A DNA stretch of 63,942 nucleotides, counting the filler, from Reclinomonas americana ATCC 50394 (taxonomy: Eukaryota), in the NCBI GenBank assembly GCA_048213135.1. It is 15 parts of 15 records of this genome, joined end to end, with 100 filler letters (N's around TTAATTAATTAA, not from the genome) between each part and the next. Parts side by side here need not be neighbours in the genome. Positions count along the whole stretch, not along the records: positions 14,289 to 25,895 come from AFZH01017925.1; positions 25,996 to 37,794 come from AFZH01017926.1; positions 37,895 to 41,965 come from AFZH01017927.1; 12 more parts are not named here. The stretch is one strand, 5' to 3'. Within the stretch, counting starts at the first letter, position 1. Each line of letters begins with the position of its first letter. Positions 25,801-39,265 of the stretch are shown here, in pieces. The notes beneath the pieces were generated by a model. That model did no database searches. It was not told the DNA's origin and saw only the letters and a program-made list of their open reading frames with translations. The translations under genes were made by a program, and so were the position numbers.

Positions 25801-26096
25801 TACGTACGTACGTACTACGTACGTACGTACTACGTACGTACTACGTACTACGTACGTACTACGTACGTACTACGTCGTACTCGTACGTACCGTTANNNNN
25901 NNNNNNNNNNNNNNNNNNNNNNNNNNNNNNNNNNNNNNNTTAATTAATTAANNNNNNNNNNNNNNNNNNNNNNNNNNNNNNNNNNNNNNNNNNNNAACCT
26001 AACGTACGTCCTTCGTCGACGAAGGACGGACGTAGGTAGGTACGGTCCGACGTACGTTCGTACGACGACGGTCCGTACCTACTCTCGCTACCTACC

Positions 26097-26137
<41 letters not shown>

Positions 26138-29100
26138 CTTAATGCCGTCTGCGAAATGCCCCTTGAAACTGTTGAAATCTGTTAACACTCTTCGATGAGC
26201 ACGACATTGCTTGTTCACGCCTTTCTCACGCAGCCGCCCGAGCTCACGGCCGGCGGCTGGTCATTCACCGACCTCTCGAAAAATGGTGCAGTTAGGGTGC
26301 GAGTTCCTGTCGTCATGTGGGTCAACGAGACGGTGGCCGAGCTCCAACTGGACGGCGATGCGTCGACGGTGACTCTGACAGTAGCCAGTCCGTCTGTAGA
26401 ATTTGACTGCAGTCCAGAGCCACTCGAACTGCACGTGCAGCCGTGTGAAGCGGGCTACGAGTGGGACGCGCATGATGGCTGTGTGCTTTGCGCAGCGGAC
26501 AAATTTTCTCTGTCCATCCCATCGTTCCAGCAGACATGTCGTCCTTGCACTGATGGTGCAACCACGGGTCGTGAGACTGGTGGCTTCATATGTAGTAACC
26601 GTACTGTCGATGTGCCCGACAATTACTGGACGTTGCCGATGACCGAGCTCAACGAGCTGAGCGACTTCAGTGCTGCAGGGCCGTACTTGTGTCCGTTTGA
26701 CTTTTGCAAGCGTGGTGATTCCGTGCCGATCGCTCATGGCGAATACTGCGAGGAGACCTCCAATCGAGACCCTGAATCAGCCCTCTGTGGAAAGTGCAAG
26801 GTAGTGTTTCCGTCTGTCACGTATGACAGCACCTCTACTCGCTCTCTCTGTCTCACGGTAACACGTAGCAAACTCCAACTCAACGGTACGCGATGTGGAA
26901 CTCCAAGTGCATTCCCTGCAACAACACGAATGCCGGCTACATTGTTTTGCTCGCACTCAAGTTGCGTTCCTCTTCCTACCTGAGCTACCGAAACTGTGTT
27001 CTGCTGACGATACGCAGTATGTGGGTCTATGTTATGATTGTGCATTTGCTTTTCCGAAAGGGTGGAGAGGCTGCGTTTGAAATGCTTCTGTTCACCTTGA
27101 ATGTGAGTTTCACTGTGCATGTGTTGAAAATACTAATGTTGGAGCTGCTGACAATGATACTCACTCTCCTTGCTCTGTCATGACACACTGGCAGACGGCT
27201 ACGCTTCTCTTCTATCCAGACATTGAGTTGCTGCGCTTCAAACGCGTCATTGATCTCTCGCTCCCCTGGTTGAGTGTGCTCGACTGCCCGTTTTACATGG
27301 GACCTGAGGGGGATATGTTGTCCCGGATAATTGCACCGTTTGTGTACGTTGCGCTGTGTTGGAGTACATTTGGCGTTCACCGGCTGGTCGGCTGGCTTCT
27401 GCGCCGCCGGTTCAAGTATCCGAAGAAGAATGTGGATATGACTGTGATGCAGCGTGTGACGCGATCCGTGTGGAAAAGTGCAAATCCGAATAGGTGTGGA
27501 GTGGGGAAAGGGATGAGGGGTGGGGAAAGGGGAAGAGGGTGGGGGGGAGAGGAGAGGGTGGAGGAGGAGAGGGTGGAGGAGAAGAGGAGAGGATGGAGGA
27601 GGAGATAGTGGAGGAGGAGAGGGTGGAGGAGACACAGGAGAGGGTGGAAAAGGAGAGGGTTGATGAGGAGAGGTTGGCGAGCGAAGGGGGAAGGTGGCGA
27701 GTGCGGGGGACTGGCGAGTGTGGGGAGTGGCGAGTGTGGGGAGAGAATGTTGCGGTTTGTGTGGGGGAGACGTTGGCAACGGTGTGCATGGAAGAGTGTA
27801 TGTGAGAAGAGAGTGGCGAGTGAACGGACAGAGGGTGCGAGTGTTGGAGACTGGCGAGTGTGGAGAGAGAGAGAGAGAGAGTGGCGAGTACGTGGGGAGA
27901 CGATGGAGTGTGGAGAGGGTGGCGAGTGTGTGTGTGTGTGTGAGGAAGAGGATGGCAAGTGGGGAAGAGTGGCCAGTGTTTGTCTATTCTGCTTGACTCA
28001 TTATGTCGACTGCAGCTACTTGTTGACGACGGTGCTTTTGTGGATCGGCGCATACGAAGACATGGCTGAAACGTCGCTTACCTTCCTCATCTCCTGCACC
28101 GACCTTATTAACGGAGTGTCATATGTGCTGTTTGCACCGGCGATTGAGTGTGGGGGCGAAACGTTGCGTTGTACGTGCGCAGCCTTGTGTTGTGCGTCAC
28201 AACACCTCTCAACACCTCTCTCTCTCTCTCTCCTCATTTCCCTCGTTCCCTTTCCCTCTCGCATTCTCCCTCGTTCGCTGTCTCTCTCTCTCTCTCGGTG
28301 CCGAGTGCTGAAGATTCATTTTTCTATCGAGGTGCTCATCTTGCTGTCATTCTTCTTGGCGTTCTATGTCACGTATTTTGCTCGGCTGCCCTCATTCTGC
28401 ACCCTCGTTACAGGTACCGCAAGCTGGAGCCATTGTTCGGCGCAGTTGCTGCAGTGTGTTTCATGCTCCCAATCGGCGTCGTAATGCTGACCCTGTGGTT
28501 CCGCAAAACGCGTCGTATTCCGGACCCTCGATCGCCGTACGAAAACCACGCCAAGCCGCATCATCACCTCGAGCCGTGGAAGTGGCTTCGTGTTGTTGTG
28601 CGTCAGCTGCTCGTGTGCACTTGTTTCCGGAAGCGCAAGAACCACATTCCCCACTTGTTCCGCGTCGATTCACATGACTACTTTACCACGGCGTCCGATC
28701 TGGGCACCTATGACGACGACGAAATGACTGCTACTGAGTCGATTGCACCCTCCATGGTTCGTTCCACGGCGCGGCAGTCCGCCGATCATGGGCGAGTTAC
28801 AGCTGGCGGTGGCCGTCGTGTGCCTCGTAGCGTCGTGTTTTCCAGCTCCACGCGCGACATGTCTGCGGCGGTGGGTCCCGGCGCCAGAAGGCCACACAGC
28901 CGACAAGCAGCGATCGGTGACGACCAGCTGGTGCCCTCTGCTGACGGTGCGGACACCCACAACGACGATGCCGCCACCGCATATGATGCGGTCTCCTTGG
29001 TTTCAGGCGTCAGCTTCAAGTCTGCGGGGGGTGCGGCATCAGCGGTTCGCACTCCCCAAGTGCTGCACGAGAATCCGTACAGGAAGAGACAGCGACATGT

Positions 29101-30647
29101 TGCGTTGCACTGAAGAGCTGGGGGAAAGAGAGGAGTGCGAGGAGAGATGGAAAGGAGAGGCAGAGAGCTGAGTGCAAGGGTGGTGGTGGATCCATGGATG
29201 ATGCAGAAGAAATCAGAAGTAGAGGTCAATCATACTCGGGTGTGAGAGTGTGTGTGTGTGAGTGAAGGGGGCATGTAGAGTTGTGGAGCTGGCACAAGGG
29301 TGGTAGCAGAAGATTGAGGCGGGCTATTGTGAAAAAAACGGAGAAGAAATGAGAAGTAGAGGTCGTACTCGGGTATGTGGTGTGTGAGTGAAGAGAACAT
29401 TTGGAGCTGAGCGCAAGAGTGGGTGCGGAAAGTCATCGTTGTCGGAGAGATTGCGGGCGAAGTATAGACTGAGAAGATATGAGACGTAGAGGTCGTGCTT
29501 GGGTGTGAGTGAAGGAAGCATGTGGAGCTGTGTGTTGGAGGCGCAGAAAAATGTTTGAGAGATAGCCGGGCGAGGATGTTACCTGTGCTGGTGAGATTCT
29601 GCTGCAGTTGTCTAGGAGGAGGGCAGGGCGACGTGTATATTACTTGCATGCATTCGTCTTCCATACATTGCTGCATGAAATTCTACTTGGTTGTTAACTT
29701 TGTCGTTCATGTTTGTGAGCAGGCTCGTCAGCGGTTTGCCATTCTGTTTGATCACTTCCGCTACGACTTTTGCTGGTACTACGGTTATCAGCTTTCTCGC
29801 CGCCTTATCATCCTGGGCATCGTCTTCCCGATGGCGGCACACGGTTCCACTGACGTGATGCCAGTGGCGTTGTGGGCAGCGTGCTTGGGCCTGCTGTGCA
29901 TGCATCTCATTTGTCGCGCGTACAAGAGTGCATATGACAACGTGCTTGAGGTTCGTGGATAGCGCGACCCGCTGCACGCGCTTATATATGCTCTTATCCG
30001 TGGCACTTCGCTTCGCAGACAATTTCGCTTGTCGGCCTCGTGTTGATCTCGACAATTTTTACCACCCGGCTGTCGGAAAATGTCCGCGCCAACATTGCGG
30101 TTGTGATTTTGGTGGTTGTGTGCGTATTGATTGGTGATCCTGTTATCAATCGGGTGATTATTTGGAGTAGTCGATTGGTGACCAGTTGCGTTGTGCTTTG
30201 TGTGCGTGAGTGTGCGTGTGAGGGAGAGGGGAGAGAGGGGAGAGAGAGAGGGAGGGAGAGAAAGAGGGAGAGAGAGAGGGAGGGAGAGAGAGAGGAGGGA
30301 GGAGAGAGGAGGGAGGAGAGAGAGAGAGAGGAAGAGAGGCAAGAGTGAGTGTGTGAATGTGTGTGCGTTGAGAGAGAGGGGGAGCGAGAGATACAGAGTG
30401 TGTGAGAGAAAAAGAGAGAGACAGTTAGTGTGTTAGTGTGTGTGTGAGAGAGAGAGACAGTGAATGAGTGAGCGAGAGACAGGGTGAGCGAGTGAGTAAG
30501 GATTAGTGTTTGTGTATGCGAGGGAGAGAGACTGTAATTGTGTATTTCTATGTTGTTGGTGAGCCACGGTCGTTGTCGGCAATGGACTTGTGGACTTTTG
30601 TCGGATTGTTGCGATGTGGCGAATGCAGTGTTTTGTTTGTTTTGTGT

Positions 30648-30691
<44 letters not shown>

Positions 30692-30990
30692 TTGAGTGTA
30701 AATGTTTGTGTGCCTATGTATCCGTGCGTGTGCATTGCAGTACGTAACTTAACTTGTGTGAATGGATAATAGGAATCGTGCGCTACGTGCAACGTCGCCG
30801 ACTGGCGGCAAGAGCACTCCGACAGAGCGCACTAAGTCAGCCGCTGCTGGAGATGACTGAGATAGGAACGAGCAGCACCGTCGGCGGTGACGTACCACTG
30901 TATCCACTATCGGGAGCGCAGCAACGCGTCGTCGGCGAGCAGGCGTTGCAAGTGGCTCCGTTGCGGGAGCGTAGACCACTGAATGGCTGA
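17559..30990 (+). CDS. Large surface receptor-like protein: signal peptide, PMP-like (GGA[V/I/L], FxxN) beta-helix repeats, Cys-rich region, multi-pass TM C-terminus
   Basis: Signal-like start MRAQRQPTPLVVLVCALLCSLVAWTTAQ, then dozens of N.A..GGA repeats, CEAGY..GCVLC and YLCPFDFC..LCGKC, then several hydrophobic helices (RFAILFDHFR..YQLSRRLII..YDNVLE). About 20 phase-compatible introns; the structure is uncertain around the gap at 25896. Confidence 0.85.
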
Positions 30991-31949
30991 TGGTACTCAA
31001 ACGACTGCACGTGATCCAACTCTAATTTACTCAAGGCTAATTGCGTCGCCATAACAATATCAGGTGAACGGATACGGCGTCGGACGCTGGCACTTTTGCG
31101 AATGAAAATCCGTATTGATAGAGATATATTAGGTCGCGAAGATGGCTGTTGGAAGAAATACAACAACAATACTTCACTCACCAACAATAATCAACTGCTG
31201 TCTTGTCGCCCAAAGCCAACCATAATGTCGCCACTGAACTGAGCAAGGGCATTAGGCACGCCACTGAAGTGCGGTGAATGGCACATCGATGAATCTATCA
31301 CTTATCCATACGATCGCCAGCAAATCTTGTTGGCAAGTGGTCAGCAGTGACCACCAGATGACGTCCATCGTTATCAAGAAGAACGGTGGGGCAAGCATTG
31401 GGAAACTGTTACGTATCTCACCGACGCCGTGTCAACTGCTTGCACTCTGGCTTGGCCCTGCAGTGCATCACCCCTTTCCCTTGCATCGTAAAACAAATAT
31501 CGAGAACCTTGTACGCATGCTGGTCATGCAAAGGCGAGAGATGCGGTGGCGGACTTAGCCATTTACCTTCTCATCCTCGTAAAGTCGGTGATGAGCTGGC
31601 GTGTCTGCGTTACATCTACAGCGAGTACAGACTGGCAGCAGCGGCTCAGCAGCCTCGCGTGCCCCTGCTGCGGCAGCATTCGCCGACGCAACAGCCGTTG
31701 GCGCCGCTGACGAGTAATGCGCTGTCTGTGCGAGCGGGGTGGAGGCGACGGCGTATCAGCGGGAGGAGATGGGGCATGGGCAGAATACGGTGCGGGTGTT
31801 GGCGGCGCAGGAGCGGGGAGGGAGGGGGAGGGGGAGGGACAGGGTAAGGGGGTGAAATGAAGAAGAAGAAGGGAATTGGATGAGGAGGAAAGGAAGCACT
31901 ACAATGTGTTATGCAAGTGTTATTCAGCACTCTTTTGTGAAGCACAGAA

Positions 31950-34900
31950 TCAAACAGCTCCGACGACCATGCCGCGCTGTTCCACTCTGTTGTCATCCTC
32001 GTGAGCAGCCTCCAAGAGTGGCACATGGAACGACGAACCCCTGGCGACTTGCACATGATGGGCCGCACCCACTTGCATCTCGATTTCTGACGTGCAAGCG
32101 GCGCATGTGTGAGAGGGGAAGGGATAAAGATAGAGAAAATGAGTAAGAGAGGGCAAAGAGAGTGTTGTGTATCGAGAATCTCCGACTCCCAGTCGACGCT
32201 CACCATCAGACACTGCCGATCCTCGCCTCTGCCGACGTCGGCAAAAAGCCATCACAGCCTTGATTCCAGACAGCACCACTGGGCCCACCAGCACCGCGCC
32301 AGCTAGTGCGAGTATTACGATACAAGTGACAACTTTGAAGTGCGTGGACGCCTGCGACGCGAATATGGTGGAGATGATGACCAGCGAGCCGAGACCAATG
32401 GCCTGCCAAGCGCACACACAATGAGAATGCATGTGTGCCCGAACTGAACAAGTGCGCGACTCACCTCCAGCACATTGTACAAGAGGTGGTCATATGCGCG
32501 AACAGCGAGGTGGACCGCGAGGAAGGCGACGCACACCACCCACAGTGCCAGTGGGAGGATGTCGATTGATCCCGTGGCAGCGAGAGGGAAGAGCACGGCG
32601 AGGACGATCAGACGTCGACATAGTTGATAACCTGGTGTCCCGGAAAAGTGTGAGCAAGAAGTCATGCTCGGTGAGATGGCGACTTTCATCTGTTATGCTG
32701 CTGGTGGGGCAATGTAACTATGTTGTAGAACTCAGCATCGCCTCACCGTGTGCCTGCTTGTCTCCCAGTCTTGTGGTGCGCATACGAGACTCTTTTCGAC
32801 AGTAAGTGGCTATCTGCAGTGCGTACTCAGGAAGCGCCATAATCTTTTCTTGAACGTGAGAGAGTGACACAGACAGTGCAGCGGAGAAGCAAACAATCAA
32901 GCATCAATGCGCCCGTGTGCATTCTGATCTCTCTGCTCTCAGCGACTCTTGGGCATGATATGTTGAGTGTACCCAGTAAATGTAAATCCTTATCATGCTT
33001 GAAAACGAGAGACTTAGAGAATACATCTACCCGTGCGCATTCTGATTTCCCTCCTGTCTAACACCCTTCCCTCTCGTGCCACTCACCTTGATACCACACC
33101 ACCGGAGGCCGGAAGTGATCGTACAATACACCAAATCGTCGCCGAGTCTGTCACAAAGGTGTGAGATTGTGACATTGCACACTGGCTACTCTTGCACCAC
33201 CTACCTTTTCGTCATGCAGTCTCTTACGCCGACGCAAGCGCAGGGTCCACCACACCACCAATACTGGCACACTGAGAGTGGCTGCCAACAGCACGGCAAA
33301 GAGAGGAATCAGTCGCTGCCACCTGTGCACACACATTTGCTAATCAGCACGGAACGAGACCGCCGCACTGCTGCAAAATCAAACGCAACACTCCCTCGTA
33401 GCACACAATGCTGGGCGAAAAGAGCACCACATGACTGTCGCCAACATCGGTGCATGTGAAGAACGTGATGGCTGTCTCTGTCAGGCCCTCATACGCTCCC
33501 AATAGCAGGACAACTGTTGTCAAGATGTAGCGGTGCGGCGATGCAACGAGCTTGAACCACACGACAAATCGTTGCCATCGTCCGCCCGTCGAGCTGCTGT
33601 GATGCAGTCGTCCACGATAGATGCAGCGCGCTAATGCTCTTGCAAGCAGCCAGTGCAGACAGAAACAGGCCCACAAGATCGCCAGCGACACAAACGGCGA
33701 CAAAACACGAGCCAACATGTCACCGACAGCGTCAGTGTTGAACGGGCAGCCGACATCCAGAATGCGCGGCACAACGAAAGTGAGCAGTCGGCTGAGAGAG
33801 ATGAGTTCCACATTGGGATAGAAGAGCAGTGTGGTGGTCTGGAGGGTGAAGATGATGATTTCGGCAGATGCTGCAAGCAGGGACGAATGTAAGTCACTCT
33901 TTGTGACGATCGACTCAGAACAAGGCATTCATACCTCCTCCAACATCAATCTGGAAGAAGACGTGGACGAATAGCACAAAGGCAAGCATCTTTGTCAATG
34001 TCCACAAGCGCGCCCATCCAGACGTGACTTCACAAGGAATGCACACTCCCTGCCACTGGGAATAGCCCTCCTGCACATTCCTGTAAGAATACCATCGTCC
34101 TCTCACTGCACCGACATGTGACTCACCTTACATGCTCCACACAGCGGTGAGTCTGACGCACGATTCGTCTCCTCATTGCAGTATTCGGCGTCGACGGCAA
34201 CCAAAGTTTGGCTGGATTCGTCACCGCGTTCGCAGTAATCATAGGGACACAGATATGGAACCACGGTTGATGGTGGCGACACCAGCGTGCCTGTCCATCC
34301 TTTGGACAAGACATCCTCAATCTGCCAGTCAGCATCAACTGGGAAGGTCCAGAATTGCGACTGCACTGCCATCTGCAGTCCGCCGAGGCAGTCGGCATTG
34401 GCTGGACACGGCGCGCACGTCTGGTTGAACGCACTGGTCGGCAGCGCGTACTGCCCAGGGGGACATTGCTGGCAGCCAATGTCCGTGTAACTGTAACCCG
34501 CAGGGCAAGCTGCCAGTGGCAATGAGAGCTCAGGCTGCGGGCCCACAAAGCCACCACCAGAGCCAGTGGTGATGCTGATGCTCACAGAGTCGCCGCTGTC
34601 GCGCAGATGCGCGCGAGTGCCTTGGGTCGGATTCGCCCCGCGCTCGACAATCGTCAACTGGAATGTAGCAGTTCCGGCCACAGTCGACTCGGACTGAGAG
34701 CTTGTCTGCATAAGCGGAGGGGGGTCGTCAGCGAGGCACAATCTTGAAAGAGGAGATGAGTATTCACGACATACCACTGGACTGCAACCAGAAGAACAAG
34801 TGACATGGAACTGGGCATTGTCCAGTGTGGACATGAATTGACCAAAGACATCAGTAGCATTCACCTGTATCACTCGCGACTGTTGGGGCGACGGATACGG

Positions 34901-37765
34901 CACGCCTCTGATCGAGTCCATCGCCACAGAGTATAGCGCTGCAGCGGAGCATGAGTCTTCAAAAGACAAGCAAACACATTTGTGTTCATCACATTGAACG
35001 CAACTGCTACCGACATCATTCGCCAGCGAGTTACTGGCCAGGTTACCAGTGACGCTTAATTGCCGCTGTTGCATCCACGACGACCATCCGCCAGCCGTTG
35101 TGAACGACTGCGATACAGCAGCCAGCGTCGACGGGTTGCCACCACCGTTCCAGAATACGCCGCCACCAGCACCCTCGCCAACTAAGCGGGGTTGACCCAG
35201 GGGCGCCACCGCTTGATTGCCAAAGACTGACACACCATGCAGGAGCACACCGACAGAACCCACAGTCGACTGTGTAATGTTGACCGCCAGGCCGCCGCCG
35301 CGTGCTCCACTCCAGTTGTCGGTAAATGTCGTTGAGACAAAGGAAGTCGTTGTCGTGTCCACCACCGATGCTCCGCCGCCATCACCATGCTCGGCCGTGT
35401 TGTCGACGAAACGAGTGCTTGAACAGTTGAGCATGGCAGAGCCACCGGCAAAGAGTCCACCACCAACTATCGTCGCCGTGTTGTTCATCAGCAGCGAGCC
35501 CGTAATGCTCACAAGCGGATTGTTGTCCGTGTAGATACCACCACCGCTCTCAGCTTGGTTTCCATCAACTGTCACCGCAGTCATCACCACTTGCGCAGTC
35601 TCCGCTGCCGACACTCCACCACCGCCACCACCAGCGACACGATTGGCGAGCAGGCTAGATCCCCGCAGCATGGTGCTTGAACTGCCAGCAGCATACAATG
35701 CACCGCCCCACAATTGTGCCAGGCCGGCACTCAGCGTGCTGCCAGTATCCGTCCACAATCCCAGTCCCTTCGCAGTCACATGACCACCGGTGGTGGCTGC
35801 CACGTTACTCCGGAACTGGGTTGTGGACGACGTGACATTCGCTGTTTGAGAAACAAACATGCCACCTCCGGCCAGGGTGGCGTTGTTGGTCGACACATAG
35901 CAGTTGGCAAGACTAACCTGCGACACACCATCGGCATACACGCCACCACCATCTGCTGTCGCCTGGTTGCTGGCGATAGTCGCTCCAATGAGCGAGTGCT
36001 TGCTGTTCTGGTCAGTGAACAGGCCACTGCCAAAGGGTGCAGAATTGCCGACGATGAACGCATCCGACCAGGAAGACGAGGACTGCAGGTCGGCAAACAT
36101 TCCACCACCGAAATGAAGTGCCTTGTTATTCTGCAATATAGAGCCACTGGACACACCGAGAGTGGCTGTGGCGGTGAGATACACGCCGCCGCCGCTCTGC
36201 TTCGCTTGATTGCTGTCCACAACAGATTGCGATTGAAGCTGCACTTGAACCTGCTCGGCACGCACAGCAAGACCGCCACCATATAGCGCCGTGTTGCTGG
36301 AGATACTGGTGTTGCTTATTGTAGCTGCGGTGGCTACCTCATTGAATACCACTCCACCACCGTATCCGTTAGGTGCTGAGTTGGACGAGACGAAAGAGTC
36401 TACGATCATGCAGCCTTGACCGCTCACGGCCACGCCACCACCACCGGTTGCCAGCGCATTGTTCCCCGTGACATGAGACGTGGAGAGAAGAGACTGCGTT
36501 CCCACCAGCACACCGCCACCAGTAACGAGCTCGCCAGACACAGAGTTTCCCGTGATGATACATCCAGTGGCCGAGCTTGATGCGTCGAGCAGCATTGCGC
36601 CACCTCCGTGAGAGCGACCGGCGATGACGAGTGGAACAGACGATTGCACGGAGTTGCCAGTCAGGATTGCTGAAGAAATCGCGGCACCGTCGAAGGCGAG
36701 CACCGCACCGCCACCGCAGAATCCACCAGAAGGAAAGAGTGCATTTCCAGCACCAGCGTCCTCCACACGGTTGTCGACGAACTGAGAAGCACTGACTGTG
36801 GCAGCAGAGTTCACAAGAAGCACTGCACCACCGCCATTGTGGTTGCTTCCTTGCCCGTTGAGCGTGTTGCTGAGGCCACCCGTACCGTCACGAAGAGACT
36901 GGTTGCCGATAAATGTGCAATTGGTAACGCTGAATGCCCCCTGAGAGAGATGAACAAAATGACGAGTGAGCGTCGTCCGTGCTCGGTGAAGTGGGCTGCG
37001 GAAACGGCGCAACTGCTGATGCCGACGGTGCAACCAGCAACGCCGCTCCTCCGCCGTTGAAGCCGCCAAAGGAGGCACCAACTATACTGTTGACACCACC
37101 CGCACCATTGTGCGACGATGTGTTGTTGAGAAACAGGGACTGACTGACCGTCTGCAGAGTGGCGGTGAGAAACTCAGGACTATACGAAGACAAATGCTCT
37201 CATTGACAAATAAATAAACCAGCACGGGCGCATCATCAAGACTGGGGTGAATAAGCAGAGCGCCTCCGCCGGAATAGATTGAGAGGCTGCTACCAGACGA
37301 CGTGTTTCCGCTGCCTCCGTTGCCTATGTCAAAGATGAGCAAGAATGAATTGCTGACATAATATTCCAATGCCTGCGTGACGAATGCGGGGGTTACCATT
37401 GCCTCTAGCGGAGTTGTTGAAGAACGTGCAACCGGAAATCTATTTCGGCAGAAATACACGACAACTGAGAAACACCCTGAGAAAATTGAAGGCGATGACA
37501 ACCAGAACCTCGAGAGTGCCGGAAAGAACGGCCAGAACGGCGCCACCGCCGTTGAGGTAGCCGGTGGCGTTGCCGTGCTTGGTATTGCTGCTTCCAACGG
37601 CATTCTTTGAGGCCACATTGGAGAGGAACGTACAGTCTCGTAAGGTGACCTGCTCAAGCGTGATAGTGAGATCAGGTTGCTCTGCACAGAGATAACAAAG
37701 CCGGAAACCTTGTACGAGTCGCTACCAAGCGACATGAGCAGTGCGCCACCTCCGCTCAAGGTCAA
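31950..37765 (-). CDS. Paralog of the 17559-30990 beta-helix/Cys-rich/multi-TM receptor-like protein (5' part lost in gap)
   Basis: Same architecture: GGG/GGA-N repeats, CPAGYSY..GCQQCPPG, YLCPYDYC..LCGACK, TLLFYP, RFGVLYDHFR, YQLCRRLIV, YNVLE. Several intron positions match the paralog. Confidence 0.85.
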
Positions 37766-37953
37766 GGGTCAAGGGTCAAGGGTTAGAGACGTAGNNNNNN
37801 NNNNNNNNNNNNNNNNNNNNNNNNNNNNNNNNNNNNNNTTAATTAATTAANNNNNNNNNNNNNNNNNNNNNNNNNNNNNNNNNNNNNNNNNNNNGAGGAG
37901 GAGGAGGAGGAGGAGGAGGAGGAGGAGGAGAAGGAGCGAGGGCGTGCACGCAC

Positions 37954-38959
37954 CCACTCCTGAATCGGTGCGAGGTACGGCGTGCCGACTTCGGCATCCT
38001 TCAACACTAGGCGGCGGTCTTCTCCGCCCTCCCAAATCGCAGGCACAGGTGCCTGCACCCAGCACAATTAAGCACTCCAGGCAATAGAGAGACGCAGAGC
38101 CCTTTCCCTGCTTCCCGAACCTCCTCCTCAACAGCAGCCGCCGCACTGACTGCCGACATCGACGACTCGAGCTCCACCACCGGTAATATCAAGAACTTGT
38201 ACAGCACCGCGGCCTGCTGCTCTCCATCGAGCGAGGCCACCACCAGTCGACACGACCACACATCACCCGCACTCCACACCATGCGCAACGCCCGCCCCGC
38301 ATCCCACTCGCCCAGCACCGGCAACGATCCGCACACCGCCAACACTCGTCCGTGCGGCACATGCTTGTGCACGCGCAGCGTAACATCGCGCGGCTCCCAC
38401 AGACACTCCAACACGTGCATTTCGCCCTCGCTAGCAGTCGGCACCTCGATCAGGCGATCGGGTCCGCGTTCCCATTGCACGCCACCGTCCCAAACCGCGG
38501 CCAGTTTGCAGGCCAGTGACTGACGCGCAGGCAGCTGTCGCCACCAGAGAACGTGAGCGACATAGGAGGAGTAGGAGGCAAAGAAAATACAGTGGTGTAA
38601 CCTCGACAGCAGGCGATCGCCACACATGTCCCTCGGTCCAGTGTAGTGGCACTGCTCGTTCAATATTCCACTCACCCTGCAGTGCGGTATGCGATCAGCA
38701 CGCCCTTCTCTCTCGCACAGACATAGTGCCTCTCCTTCCGCATGTACGCAACGAGTCTCTCATGGGCGCCCACCAGCACCAATCGCTGACCAAAGGGGAG
38801 CACTCGAGTGACGCGGAATCGAACGCGGACAAGACTCGCCGGCTGCTCACACACAGCAGCAGCAGCAGCAGCTGTGTGACGACGCAAACAGCGACGTGGA
38901 GGGGGTGGAAGAGAGAAGAAGTGTAAGAAACGTGGGCGTCGACTGCGAGTGGTGAGCAT
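37954..38959 (-). CDS. Protein with two tandem CBM20 starch/glycogen-binding domains (3' end runs into gap)
   Basis: Domain 1: VRFRV..PFGQRLVLVGAHERL|GEWNIERAVPLHWTEGHVW..VQWERGPDR. Domain 2: HGRVLAVCGSLPVLGEWDAGRALRMVWSAGDVW..YKF..IWEGGEDR. Both match the CBM20 pattern. Confidence 0.85.
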
Positions 38960-39265
38960 CTCTCTCTCTTCTTTCTCGTGTGCGCAACAGTTCGTGAGTG
39001 ATCGCGAGGATGGTGACGCGTGGAGGCGATTCTTGTGTCGTGTCATTTGCTGCTTGTTATACTCCCGCGTGTGTGGTGTGTGCAGGCGAGTGTGATGGAG
39101 GCAGAGGAGGGTAAGAGAGAGAGAGGCTTGTTGCTCCCTGTCCGCGGCGAGAATCGAAATCGTCCCGACCAAAAATAATTCCGTCGCGCGTCCTGTCATT
39201 GTTGTCGGGAGTGGCGTGGCAGCAGTGCGTCAGCTGAGGGGAAAGAATGTGAGCGAAAAGATTCG

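Noticed and set aside
37765..37954. CBM20 domains fused to the beta-helix receptor across the gap
   Set aside because: Same strand, but the gap size is unknown and the receptor lacks the long N-terminal part seen in its paralog, so missing sequence is the simpler explanation.
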